From the IMG/VR virus record IMGVR_UViG_3300045117_000026, positions 1 to 64,000 of that record: a DNA stretch of 64,000 nucleotides. One strand, written 5' to 3'. Below the pieces are notes generated by a model, which made no database searches, was not told the DNA's origin, and was given only the letters and a program-made list of their open reading frames with translations. The stretch comes from a virus. Made by a program: the position numbers and the translations under genes. Of the stretch, positions 50,359-60,186 are shown in pieces (the first letter of the stretch is position 1; every line of letters begins with the position of its first letter).

Positions 50359-51668
50359 GAATGGCGGAGTTTTCTAATAGACTAGTAGAGTCGTCAGGGC
50401 AATTCCCAATGCTGGTAGACGAAGAGGATGTCGGCTGGCAGCCAATCAACAGGCAGCCAACGACCAAGTTCGATCTTGCCCCTTATACTCGAGAGCGCAT
50501 GCATAATGTTGCGCAATACCTTTATGTTACGAACCCGTTTGCCCACCAGCTTGTTGAACTCTCCGTTGCCCTCACTATTGGCTCAGGACCAGAGTTTGAG
50601 TTCCGGAGCCGTGCTACTCAAGATGTCGTGACACGATTCTGGGAAGACCCGATCAACAACTGGCCGAAGAAGTTGCCGGAACGTATCCGTGAACTCTCGT
50701 TATATGGTGAGCAGTTCTACAGCACTTCTGTCAGTCAAAGCGGCAGGGTCCGTATCGGCTACATCAACCCGCTTGATGTAAGCGAGATCGTGGTTGATAA
50801 GGAGAATGTCGAGATATACAAGAAAGTTCGTGTTAAGACCGGCGTTGATGCGACAAGCTTCCAAGATATCCCCGTGATTAACATGGACGAGGACCCCGAG
50901 TCCGAGACATTCGGGTACAGGGTTGGTGAAGTATTCGTCTTTAACATCAACAAGCCGATAGACGCTACCCGTGGCAACTCCGACCTCTTGGCAATTGCTG
51001 ACGCAATCTCGATGTACGACCAGTTCATCTTTAATACTCTCGAGCGTTCACAGCATATGAACTCATGGTTGTGGGATGTCGAACTTACCGGTAAGACCGA
51101 GAGCGAGATAGTCAAGTGGCTCAAGACAATACAGGCGCGTTCGCCGAGGCCCGGTTCTATCCGTGCTCATAATGAGAATGTCAAATGGAACGCAGTCGCT
51201 CCTAACCTGCATAATGAAGACCTCGAGGACTCTGCCAAGATATTCAAGAGTTACGTCCTGGGTGGAGTAGGTTATCCGGATTACTTCTTTGGCGAAACCC
51301 AGTACGCCACCCGTGGTATCGCATCCGAAGCAAGCATGCCCGTCTTTAAGCGAATTGAGCGACGGCAGGGCATAGTCAAATCAATACTGTTCGACATGCT
51401 GAATTATGTTATTGACCAGGCCATCCTGCACAATACACTACCCAAGACAGAGAACAGGGAATTCACAATCACCCTGCCAGAACTTGCCCTCAGGGATTTA
51501 CAGAGGACAAGTGGCGCCGTTTATCGCCTGACACAGGCAATGCAACTTGCCAAGCAAGAGGGATGGTTAAAGGACATTGACTGCCGTAGAATAATCAATG
51601 AAGTCATGAGGGAACTAGGGCTTCCTGTTAACAAAATACTTGATACAAGGGAGATAAGTAATGAGTAA
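50349..51668 (+). CDS. portal protein
   Basis: NP.A, FW, LYGE, RG.SDL, G.P..FG, Q motifs; position after TerL. Confidence 0.85.
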   Translation: MEVRMAEFSNRLVESSGQFPMLVDEEDVGWQPINRQPTTKFDLAPYTRERMHNVAQYLYVTNPFAHQLVELSVALTIGSGPEFEFRSRATQDVVTRFWEDPINNWPKKLPERIRELSLYGEQFYSTSVSQSGRVRIGYINPLDVSEIVVDKENVEIYKKVRVKTGVDATSFQDIPVINMDEDPESETFGYRVGEVFVFNINKPIDATRGNSDLLAIADAISMYDQFIFNTLERSQHMNSWLWDVELTGKTESEIVKWLKTIQARSPRPGSIRAHNENVKWNAVAPNLHNEDLEDSAKIFKSYVLGGVGYPDYFFGETQYATRGIASEASMPVFKRIERRQGIVKSILFDMLNYVIDQAILHNTLPKTENREFTITLPELALRDLQRTSGAVYRLTQAMQLAKQEGWLKDIDCRRIINEVMRELGLPVNKILDTREISNE

Positions 51669-52043
51669 GAAGAACTACAGACCATCGCCAAAGACCGTCA
51701 AAGAGGAAACGACTGAAGCGCCGGAGAAAAACGTACCCATAAGCACCGAAGTCGCAGAGCCAAAGATAGTTATCGAAATACATCCCAACGGAAGTAGCCC
51801 GAGCGGGGATGCTATCGAGAACCCGATAATGGAGATTCCGTCAATGGTCAGCATTGTCGACATTGTCCGGCAGTGCGCAAATGGTGTTGAACCAAACATC
51901 GAGGACGCCGATATACTTGAAGCAATGAAAGCATTTAAGATTGATGCCAAGGAAGTGCTGTGCGTCAAGCATTGGGACGTCCAGAATATCAAGATAATCA
52001 CCGTCGCCGGTAAGAAACTGATATGGCCGAAAGGTAGAAAAGC

Positions 52044-52253
52044 ATGAAACTAAAGGAAGACTTCGGGGTAACGGCATTATTCGGTTGCCTGATAATTGTC
52101 GGCGCCTTTGCTGTTATCCTTGCCGCCCTGTTAAAGGACAAGATAGAGTTCGAGTCTGTTTTTGTTGCTGTTTCATCCTGGGTAGGGTCGATAATCACAG
52201 CGTACGTACTCAAGGCTAAGACCAACGGCTTTGGGGGGAAAGAACAAAAATGA
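52044..52253 (+). CDS. small two-TM protein
   Basis: Two hydrophobic helices. Confidence 0.55.
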   Translation: MKLKEDFGVTALFGCLIIVGAFAVILAALLKDKIEFESVFVAVSSWVGSIITAYVLKAKTNGFGGKEQK

Positions 52254-53923
52254 CTGAAGAAAACGGGTCCCTCGCTAGCAGACCAGATGAAGTTGTTGGA
52301 GCTGATGGCTCGTTGAATGCGGCTGGGCTTCACAAGGACGGTCGAGAGGGACCCGCCGAACTCAATGAACAGCATATCCTGACAGGAATGCCACCGATAC
52401 CGCAAATATTACAGTGCGTTGTCACCTTTCAGGCAGTTAACCTTGTCGGCTCCTCTGTATATGACGGTAGCAAACCCCACGATGCCGATGTTCTGGTTCG
52501 CTCGTCAAGCTCGCTCCCAGAACTCGAGCGTAATCTGGAAACACAACTTGGGCCAAAGGTACATTTCCTCTACGAGACTAAAGGGCCGTCTTGGGACCAC
52601 ATGCCTCTCGGCGACTTTGTTCTTTATCCGGTTAACGGCAAACCAGCTATAAGCGAAAGTTCTGCAGCAGATACGCTAGCTGGAAAGTTACGGCCAATAC
52701 TCGTCGACCCTCGGTATCTCAACCTCGTCAAATCTTCCGGAACTATCAAATTCCGAGTGAACTCCGATTCGCCTGACCCCGGTTTCTTTCTGAAGTTACA
52801 GAGGATGATGGGTGACTTGGGGCAGGATGCGGTGGGTTTCTCTCAGAAGACTGAGGTGGGGGAGGTACCGGTGGGGATGCTTTATTTTATTCCATATCCG
52901 GCCTTTCAGAAAGTCGTGGTTAACGAACCGGACTTTAAGCGATTCTATATTAAGAAAACAAATGTTGAGGAGAATGCAATGCTTGTAAAAGATTTTTTGG
53001 AGTTGATTGAGGGTGTCGGTCTAGTTGAGGGAACGCGGCCGCCGTGGGGTTCTCCAGGTGGCAAACGCTTCATGGCAAGGCGTCTTATAAAGATGTTTCC
53101 GGAAGAGTTCAAAACCTATGTCGAGCCGTTCTTTGGCGGTGGCGCCGTTTTCTATGCGATGGATAATCAAAAGCAGGGACGCAAAGAGATTATCAACGAC
53201 CTTAATAAAGACATCGTCCGTGCCGTCAAGTTTATCCAGCATATATCCGACGCACAAATTGACGCCCTGTCGAAGAAGGATTGGAAGCCGACTGCCGATC
53301 ACTATGCTTATCTTAAGAACTTGAAGCCGGTGCGGGAAGTTGATTGGATGTACCGCTTCCTCTACATGAAGCGTCATTCCTACGGTGGCAATATCGGTCA
53401 GCAAGGATTGAAACAAGCCACCCACACCCCCGCCTACTTTGAGAACCTGAAGAGGGTGAGAGAGCGTCTCAAGGGTGTCGATGTCCGTAGCGAAGACGCT
53501 GCGAAACTCATCCCCAAAGTTGACGGCAAGGACGTGTTCTTTTTCCTTGACCCGCCGTATCCTGAGAAGACAAAGAACTGGTTTAATCTCGGCTGGATAG
53601 AGATGGACGACCTCGTCAAGCTGGCAAAGGGGATGAAAGGCAAGTTCCTGATGACATTACAGGCCGGTACCAAGGTCCGGAGTGCTTTCAAAGACTTCAA
53701 CGTCAAGTCAATGAAGACATATGCCTACATTATCACCAATCGTCCAGGACAGGCCCCTGCAGTCCGCAACGAAACCATCATCACGAACTACGATAAGAAG
53801 AACGTCAAGGAAGCTTTTCCTGAGAAGTTCTTTACTATTACTGCGAGTGATGGCATTACTGTCATCGAGCAGAAACTACTGACGCCTGAAGAAATGGAAG
53901 CCCTCGAGTTTTCTGAGGATTAG
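52250..53923 (+). CDS. Pol-beta-like nucleotidyltransferase fused to Dam-class methyltransferase
   Basis: LVGS....HDAD; then PGGK, YVEPFFGGGA, IND, FLDPPY, E.IITNY. Confidence 0.8.
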   Translation: MTEENGSLASRPDEVVGADGSLNAAGLHKDGREGPAELNEQHILTGMPPIPQILQCVVTFQAVNLVGSSVYDGSKPHDADVLVRSSSSLPELERNLETQLGPKVHFLYETKGPSWDHMPLGDFVLYPVNGKPAISESSAADTLAGKLRPILVDPRYLNLVKSSGTIKFRVNSDSPDPGFFLKLQRMMGDLGQDAVGFSQKTEVGEVPVGMLYFIPYPAFQKVVVNEPDFKRFYIKKTNVEENAMLVKDFLELIEGVGLVEGTRPPWGSPGGKRFMARRLIKMFPEEFKTYVEPFFGGGAVFYAMDNQKQGRKEIINDLNKDIVRAVKFIQHISDAQIDALSKKDWKPTADHYAYLKNLKPVREVDWMYRFLYMKRHSYGGNIGQQGLKQATHTPAYFENLKRVRERLKGVDVRSEDAAKLIPKVDGKDVFFFLDPPYPEKTKNWFNLGWIEMDDLVKLAKGMKGKFLMTLQAGTKVRSAFKDFNVKSMKTYAYIITNRPGQAPAVRNETIITNYDKKNVKEAFPEKFFTITASDGITVIEQKLLTPEEMEALEFSED

Positions 53924-53926
53924 AAG

Positions 53927-54931
53927 ATGCCGTCTAGAGAAGAGCAAAGGGAATTAGGCGAAATCGCTAAAGGCGACCTGTATATGAATAAACAGGAGAG
54001 CGATAAGCCGTCGCCTTTTGTTGTGCAGATGCACGTTCGTGGAATCTTTACCGACTCGGAGAGATTGGCATTACTCAAGAAGCCGACTGCCGAGTCTTTA
54101 CGAAAAGCCGGTTGTGAGTATCTGAACGGTAGTGTCCAGGAATTCACCAACAAGCTGGATAAGGCTGATGCTTCAGAGGATATCTCGAGCATACAGAAGC
54201 AGTTTATCGTTGACGTCCCAGACGACTTCGATATTGCGAAAGTCATCAATCGTGGTAATTCGCACCATGACTTGAGGATTCATCCTGCAGGAGAGAAGCA
54301 CCTGATTGGCTGGACGATTACGGCTCCTCGATTCGCCGTACAGTTGTTAAAGACAGGCAACATACTATTCCCCGGCAGAGACAAACTTCTTGCGAATGAG
54401 GCTGGCGACAAGATACCGTCGGTAAAGAAAGCGAAGCAACCCGTGGAATGGTTGACGCTGGTTACTAACGGCAAGAAAACATATGAAGCAGACGCAGGGG
54501 AAGTTGGTGCTACTCCTGAAACCGGTGGCAAGTTCTTCTTCAATGCTTCCGGCTCCCTGCTGTTCGGCGTACAGAAAGATGACTATCACGAACTGTTCCT
54601 GCGGTTTGATCCCCCGTATAGTAAACTCTCCGGAAGATGGGGTTTTCAAAAGATAGCTGGCAGCCCGTCATACAATAAGGTTTCTGCCCAGTGGTGGATG
54701 ATGGATAAGGTGTATGAAAACCCTGCCCCTTATATAATCCATTATTCCAGGGAAGCTAAAGAGAAGCAAGCGAAAGAAGATGGAATCAAACAGATTATAT
54801 GGAATGCCAAGACACTATCTTTACTTAAGTCTCTTGATTTCGGCAAGCAATTGCTAGAGGGTATTGACAAGGAGAAGATAGATGAAAAGATTGCCGAATA
54901 CTCCAATGGTGGTGGAGTATGGGAAGCCTAA
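53927..54931 (+). CDS. LigD 3'-phosphoesterase-like protein
   Basis: FVVQMH...HHDLR...GWT...K..Q..EWL resembles LigD PE catalytic motifs. Confidence 0.6.
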   Translation: MPSREEQRELGEIAKGDLYMNKQESDKPSPFVVQMHVRGIFTDSERLALLKKPTAESLRKAGCEYLNGSVQEFTNKLDKADASEDISSIQKQFIVDVPDDFDIAKVINRGNSHHDLRIHPAGEKHLIGWTITAPRFAVQLLKTGNILFPGRDKLLANEAGDKIPSVKKAKQPVEWLTLVTNGKKTYEADAGEVGATPETGGKFFFNASGSLLFGVQKDDYHELFLRFDPPYSKLSGRWGFQKIAGSPSYNKVSAQWWMMDKVYENPAPYIIHYSREAKEKQAKEDGIKQIIWNAKTLSLLKSLDFGKQLLEGIDKEKIDEKIAEYSNGGGVWEA

Positions 54932-55121
54932 TGATTAAAAGCGCGTGGACAGCACAAGGCAACGGCTTTGCTCCTTTCCCGTTCGCCCCAAATACTCCTA
55001 TCATGGCTACCACCGGCCATCGGTAGGTGCTGTCCCGTCTTTTTGTTTGGAGAGAAACTTGGCAGAGTTCGGGAGTACGTTCGACAAACCAATCAACATT
55101 ACAAGAGTGGATACTGACAGG

Positions 55122-55265
55122 ATGCGCGAATCTGCTAGTCCTTCCGCCTTAAGGCTGTTGTGGGTTATCTCGCAGATAGGGTACGGTGAACTACGGGTAA
55201 TAGTTAAGAATGGTGAGCCGGTCAGGGTGGTAGAGGCCGTCAAGGAGATCAAACTCGATGTCTAA
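55122..55265 (+). CDS. DUF2292/YezD-like small protein
   Basis: IGYGELRVIVKNGEPVRV.E. Confidence 0.6.
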   Translation: MRESASPSALRLLWVISQIGYGELRVIVKNGEPVRVVEAVKEIKLDV

Positions 55266-55875
55266 TACGTCAGAACTTTCGCAGTTTTCCAAATACAACA
55301 GGTTTATTGTTAACTTCCAGATTGGCAGCAAAGGCGCTGATATTGCTGGGACCCCGTGGCACCTGAAACTTGATATGTCGTTCTTTATTGACAAGCTTGG
55401 AGATGACAAATTCCTTGCCTGGTGGAATCAGTATGCCGGATACGGAGATTGCCCGCGGTCTGCCATCAGCGATGCGATCATCCATATTGCTCATGAATAC
55501 ACAAGGCTGTTGTCTAACCTTGAGAATTTGTCCAGCGAGGAAGCCAAGAATGCCGAGATGCTAGGCTGGATATTCGAGCCACGCAAATGATCCTAAAAGT
55601 TGTGATGGTGCACTGGAGAGATGTTTCTACCGAGGATTCTTTGGTTCCTCAGAAGGGCACTAGCCTGTTAAGCACGTGGCCCAGATGTGATGTCGGCTTC
55701 CTGTTATTCGATGGTAAAGATGAAGACGGCGTTGAGGTTGTAAGGATTTCTCCGTTCTATGCGTTCCATAATAACGAGGTCTTTTACCAGAGTATCGTAA
55801 CGTACCCGAGGGCCATCATTACTAAGTTAATGCATTTATGCGAGCTGGATGTTGGGAAAATTTCTCCAACAGCCC

Positions 55876-55972
55876 TTGACAAATAAATATTTGTGTGCTT
55901 TACTTCCTGTCAGAACACTTGTTTTTGCCTAACAGGACAACCGGGGCAGTCTTACGACTGTCCCGTTTTTTT
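55876..55972 (+). promoter_or_regulatory. promoter plus leader terminator upstream of capsid gene
   Basis: TTGACA-17-TTTACT with TG; CGGGGCAGTC-TTAC-GACTGTCCCG-T7. Confidence 0.65.
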
Positions 55973-55980
55973 AGGTCTGA

Positions 55981-58698
55981 GTGGCAAAACAAAGAATGGA
56001 GGACGCAAGGTCGATGTCCAAAACTTTACTAGAGGCCAAAGTGGATGCGGAGGTGTTTGGGGCTATCAAAGCCGCACTGGGGAAACTCAGTGCCGTGTCT
56101 GACAAGTTGCCCGAAAAGGCAAAGAAAGCTGTCGAGACACTAGCCTCTATCCTTGGTGGCAAAGTTGAAGCCAAGGAATCCGAAAAAGCTGAAGAGAAGG
56201 CGGATGAGGAAGAAGTGAAGTGTACCGGCAAGGAAGATTGTCCTTGTCCTGAATGCAAGAAAAAGCGCGGGGAAGAAGTAGAGGAAGCTTGCAAGGGCAA
56301 AAAGCCGGGTGAGGCTGATGAGGAATCCGGGGAATGCACTGGGGAAGAAGATTGTGAATGTCCGGAGTGCAAGAAAAACAAAGCCAAGGCTAAAGAGGCC
56401 CTGCGGCCGAGTGAAATCGTAAAATCACTCGACCTGCTTTATGAGGCCGAGAAAGAATCCGGGGACAAACTGCCCAAGGATGTCATTACCGCTATCAAGG
56501 CGCTGATGACAAAACTAGCTGATGTTCTCAAGGACCTCGGTTACTCATACAGTGATGGTGGGAGCGGTAAGGGGTTCTATCATAATGATAAGGACTCCAA
56601 GCACAAGGGTAAGAAACCGCCTGCCTACTATTACTCATCTTCCTATGGAGATGCCACTCAAACTGTGCGTGAGCCTGTACCACATGACAGGAAGCGCATC
56701 CAGGCTTCCGCCAGACTGATTGAGTCTGTTAGCGGAACAGAGGGCAAGAAGTGGCACGCCGTCCTGATTCAGTCAGGTCTATCGAAGAACCGTTTCATGT
56801 ACCGGGATGATGTACTCGAAAAGGCTACGCCTCTCTTTGAGGGGTGTAAATCCTATGTTGACCATCCGAATACAACCGACAGGAAACAGTTACCTGAGAG
56901 AAGCGTGGCTGATATTGCTGGATGGTTCGAGGGTGCTACGAAGCAACCCGATGGCATTCATGCTACGTTCCATGTAGCAGGGGGCAAGGAATGGCTCCGT
57001 GAAATGTTCATTGATGCTTACGAGCACAATAAGCCCGACCTGCTCGGTTTCTCAATCTACGCCGAGGGTAAGACCCGTGTTGACAGACAAGACGGGAAAC
57101 TAATCTGGATGGTTGAGAGTATTGACAAGGTAGATTCCGTTGACGTTGTGACTCAACCTGCAGCCGGCGGTCGAATTGCCGGACTAATTGAATCCGAAGA
57201 TGGAGAAAGAGAAATGAAAGAACTCGAAAACATGACAGTTGAAGAACTGTCGAAGATTCGTCCGGACCTGGTCGAATCTATCAAGAAAACTGCTCAGCCC
57301 CAGCCGCCACCCAAGAATGATGAGGGGGATAAGGTGATTGCGAGGATGGCTGAAGCGGAAAAGGCAATTAATGTTAAGCTTTGCGGCGTTGCCTTAAAGG
57401 AAAAGCTTGCTGGTAGTAAGCTTCCTGTCGCCTTTAAGGAAGCCATCGAGAAGGACTTCGCCGGTCGTGTTTACCCCGAAGCCGAACTTGATGCCCGAAT
57501 CACCCGCGATACCGATATCTGGGCAAAAGCTTCTCCCCCGCCCCAGCCCGTTACTTCGAGAGTACGGGAAATGCACGAGAACAAGGACAACATCAGCAAG
57601 GCTCTTGATGCCATGATACAGAACAAGACGGATGTAGATGGCGTCAAACCGTTCCGGTCTCTTACCGAGGCCTACGCAACCTTTAAGGGAGTGCCGATTG
57701 TCGATGTTAATCCCCTGAACATACTCCGTGAATCGGCTGCCGGATACGATTCTGGCGCCAGGACCCTGAGGGAATCCGTTACCACTTCCTCTTGGGGTGA
57801 AATTCTTGGCGACTCCGTTACCCGTGCCCTGCTTGCCGAATACAACATCCCCGGCCTTGATGATTGGCGCAAGGTGGTCTCCACCATTACCAGCCTCAAG
57901 GACTTCCGGACTCAGCGCCGGCAGAGACTCGGCGGATACGGCACTCTGCCGTCCGTCGGACAGGGTGCTACTTATCAGTCTCTTACCTCACCAACTGATG
58001 AGGAAGTCACCTACTCTCCGAGCAAATATGGTGGGTTGGAAGACCTGACCATAGAAACCATCGCCAATGACGACCTCGGTGCCGTTCAGTCCATTCCGAG
58101 GCGTCTCGCACGTGCCGCCAAGATTACGCTGTATCGCTTCGTGTTTGACTTCCTTGCGAACAACAGCTCCATCTATGACGCACTTGCCCTCGCCCACTCG
58201 ACCCACGGCAACATCAGCACCACCGCCCTGAGTTATGCTCAGGTAATCTCTGCCGTCCAGAAGATGCGTGACTTCACCGCCTACGGCGCGACAACCGAGT
58301 TCTTGCAGATTCGGCCCAAGTTGCTCGTAGTCCCGAATGAACTCGAAGCCACTGCGTTCTACATCAACACGATGGATACCTATCCGGATACCGTTACCCC
58401 GGCTGCCGGTGGTACCGCTGCCGTTGACCTTCGCCGCAACATGGTTAAGGGATGGTTCGAAGTTATCGTGGTTGACTACTGGACCGATGCCGATAACTGG
58501 TGGCTGGTTGCTGATCCCAAACTCGCCCCGACATTCGAACTCGGCTTCCTTAACGGGAAGCAGGAGCCTGAACTGCTCTCGCAGAACGACCCGACCCAAG
58601 GCTCACTGTTCTCTGCCGATAAGGTCTCCTACAAGATACGCCATATCTACGGCGGAGCCGTTCTTGATTGGCGGTCATACTTCGGCGGGATAGTGTAG
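55981..58698 (+). CDS. prohead protease/scaffold fused to major capsid protein (Mu gpT-like)
   Basis: DHP, GFSI, SVD.V..PAAGG protease motifs; DDLGA, LVVP.EL, GFLNG..EP capsid motifs. Confidence 0.9.
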   Translation: MAKQRMEDARSMSKTLLEAKVDAEVFGAIKAALGKLSAVSDKLPEKAKKAVETLASILGGKVEAKESEKAEEKADEEEVKCTGKEDCPCPECKKKRGEEVEEACKGKKPGEADEESGECTGEEDCECPECKKNKAKAKEALRPSEIVKSLDLLYEAEKESGDKLPKDVITAIKALMTKLADVLKDLGYSYSDGGSGKGFYHNDKDSKHKGKKPPAYYYSSSYGDATQTVREPVPHDRKRIQASARLIESVSGTEGKKWHAVLIQSGLSKNRFMYRDDVLEKATPLFEGCKSYVDHPNTTDRKQLPERSVADIAGWFEGATKQPDGIHATFHVAGGKEWLREMFIDAYEHNKPDLLGFSIYAEGKTRVDRQDGKLIWMVESIDKVDSVDVVTQPAAGGRIAGLIESEDGEREMKELENMTVEELSKIRPDLVESIKKTAQPQPPPKNDEGDKVIARMAEAEKAINVKLCGVALKEKLAGSKLPVAFKEAIEKDFAGRVYPEAELDARITRDTDIWAKASPPPQPVTSRVREMHENKDNISKALDAMIQNKTDVDGVKPFRSLTEAYATFKGVPIVDVNPLNILRESAAGYDSGARTLRESVTTSSWGEILGDSVTRALLAEYNIPGLDDWRKVVSTITSLKDFRTQRRQRLGGYGTLPSVGQGATYQSLTSPTDEEVTYSPSKYGGLEDLTIETIANDDLGAVQSIPRRLARAAKITLYRFVFDFLANNSSIYDALALAHSTHGNISTTALSYAQVISAVQKMRDFTAYGATTEFLQIRPKLLVVPNELEATAFYINTMDTYPDTVTPAAGGTAAVDLRRNMVKGWFEVIVVDYWTDADNWWLVADPKLAPTFELGFLNGKQEPELLSQNDPTQGSLFSADKVSYKIRHIYGGAVLDWRSYFGGIV

Positions 58699-58714
58699 AA
58701 GGAGGAATGATAAA

Positions 58715-59134
58715 ATGGTAATCTCTTTACATGATGTCCCCGGAACTTTCGTAAGCGATCCGATCACCATCCCGAAGCAGGCTAACGCCGAACTGGCCGA
58801 CTTCGTGGTATTCCGGGCGCCTTTTAAGTGCAAGGTAACAAAGGTTCTTGTTACTACTGGCGCCAACTGGGCTGGAGTAAACGATGCTACTAACCACAAC
58901 AGATTTGTCCTTCTTGATGTTGGTGTTGGTGGCACCGCAACCCCAAGTGGCCTTGGTACAATTTCCGGTTCTCCAACTGGAACTGTACTGACTGCCTATC
59001 AGCCGGGTACCCTCTATTCTGGTACTCTTAGCTGCGAGGCAAATCATGAACTAGTCTTCCGTGTCGGCACCGTCGGCACCGGTACTACGGCTGCACCTGC
59101 GGCCGCTTGTATTGTGGAGTTTATAGGCGCCTAG
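58715..59134 (+). CDS. putative capsid decoration protein
   Basis: Small Gly/Thr-rich beta protein right after MCP. Confidence 0.55.
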   Translation: MVISLHDVPGTFVSDPITIPKQANAELADFVVFRAPFKCKVTKVLVTTGANWAGVNDATNHNRFVLLDVGVGGTATPSGLGTISGSPTGTVLTAYQPGTLYSGTLSCEANHELVFRVGTVGTGTTAAPAAACIVEFIGA

Positions 59135-59250
59135 ACACACTTGACCTGACCTGCTATACTAGTTGTGTGGGGGGAGTGGGAAGTTGCTAATCCGCTCTCC
59201 CCGCACGAATCACCTAGCGGTAGAGAAAAACACACTATCGGAGGAAGAGA

Positions 59251-59568
59251 ATGTGGGAAACCGTAGCTTATGGCACCGTGGCAGTTGGTACTGCCGCAGT
59301 AGGACTTAATAATACCGACGCAGGTGCGGTTCTTGCGCCTGCTAGTTCACCGCCTATTCAGGCAGCCCTCGTATACGTTGAACTCAATGCTGGAAGTGTC
59401 CGTTTCCGCGTGGACGGAGGGACCCCGGGTACAGCCTACGGCGGTGGATTCCTTGGTGCTTCAGATGACTACATCTGGATAACCGGACAAAACGACCTAA
59501 GAAACTTCAAGGCTGTTGCTGCTAACAGCACTGTAGATGGTATATTGGTAGTTGCTTTCAAGCGGTAG
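59251..59568 (+). CDS. virion structural protein
   Basis: VRFRVDGGTP beta-sandwich-like sequence. Confidence 0.55.
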   Translation: MWETVAYGTVAVGTAAVGLNNTDAGAVLAPASSPPIQAALVYVELNAGSVRFRVDGGTPGTAYGGGFLGASDDYIWITGQNDLRNFKAVAANSTVDGILVVAFKR

Positions 59569-59574
59569 GTAGTT

Positions 59575-60120
59575 ATGATAACTATCATCAACAGAAAGAC
59601 CGCGGTAAGCGATATTCGTGCCACCGTTAATGAAATCAAAACGGAGGCCGAGTTCACTGAGGACCACATCCATTCTAAGAACCGCGCATTAGGGAAGAAG
59701 AACCCCCAAACGGCTACTGTTTGGGCTGAACTTCAGTCCCTGAATCCGTTTGTTGTAACCTCTGGCAATAATGATTTCGGAGCAGCAGAGCAACTGATTG
59801 GCTCTGCTGATACACCGTTTATAGTTGGAGAACTATCGTTCGACTGCGGTGATATGCTTATAACAGCCACATCAGCAACAACCCCGTACATCATAAGGAC
59901 TATATTTGGGACGGTCGATGCCGCGACTGCTGAAGCTGCCGGAGATTTTTCCGAGATACAATTTATGAAAGAAAGTGCTTCGGGTAGAGCTACCATTGTA
60001 AGAATTGGTATGCCAGCGATAGTCTCCGGTACTAAGGTCTGGGCAAAAGTCAAGAATGCGAGTAACGGGGAAACCATCTCGTTCTTGCTAAATATTCACC
60101 ATTACGATATTGTGTATTAA
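59575..60120 (+). CDS. virion structural protein
   Basis: Co-oriented, beta-rich. Confidence 0.5.
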   Translation: MITIINRKTAVSDIRATVNEIKTEAEFTEDHIHSKNRALGKKNPQTATVWAELQSLNPFVVTSGNNDFGAAEQLIGSADTPFIVGELSFDCGDMLITATSATTPYIIRTIFGTVDAATAEAAGDFSEIQFMKESASGRATIVRIGMPAIVSGTKVWAKVKNASNGETISFLLNIHHYDIVY

Positions 60121-60186
60121 GATGGCTTTTGTAATGATTCGCAAAAAGGATAAGACCAAGATGCCAGGGAAGGTGCAGAAAGTCTA

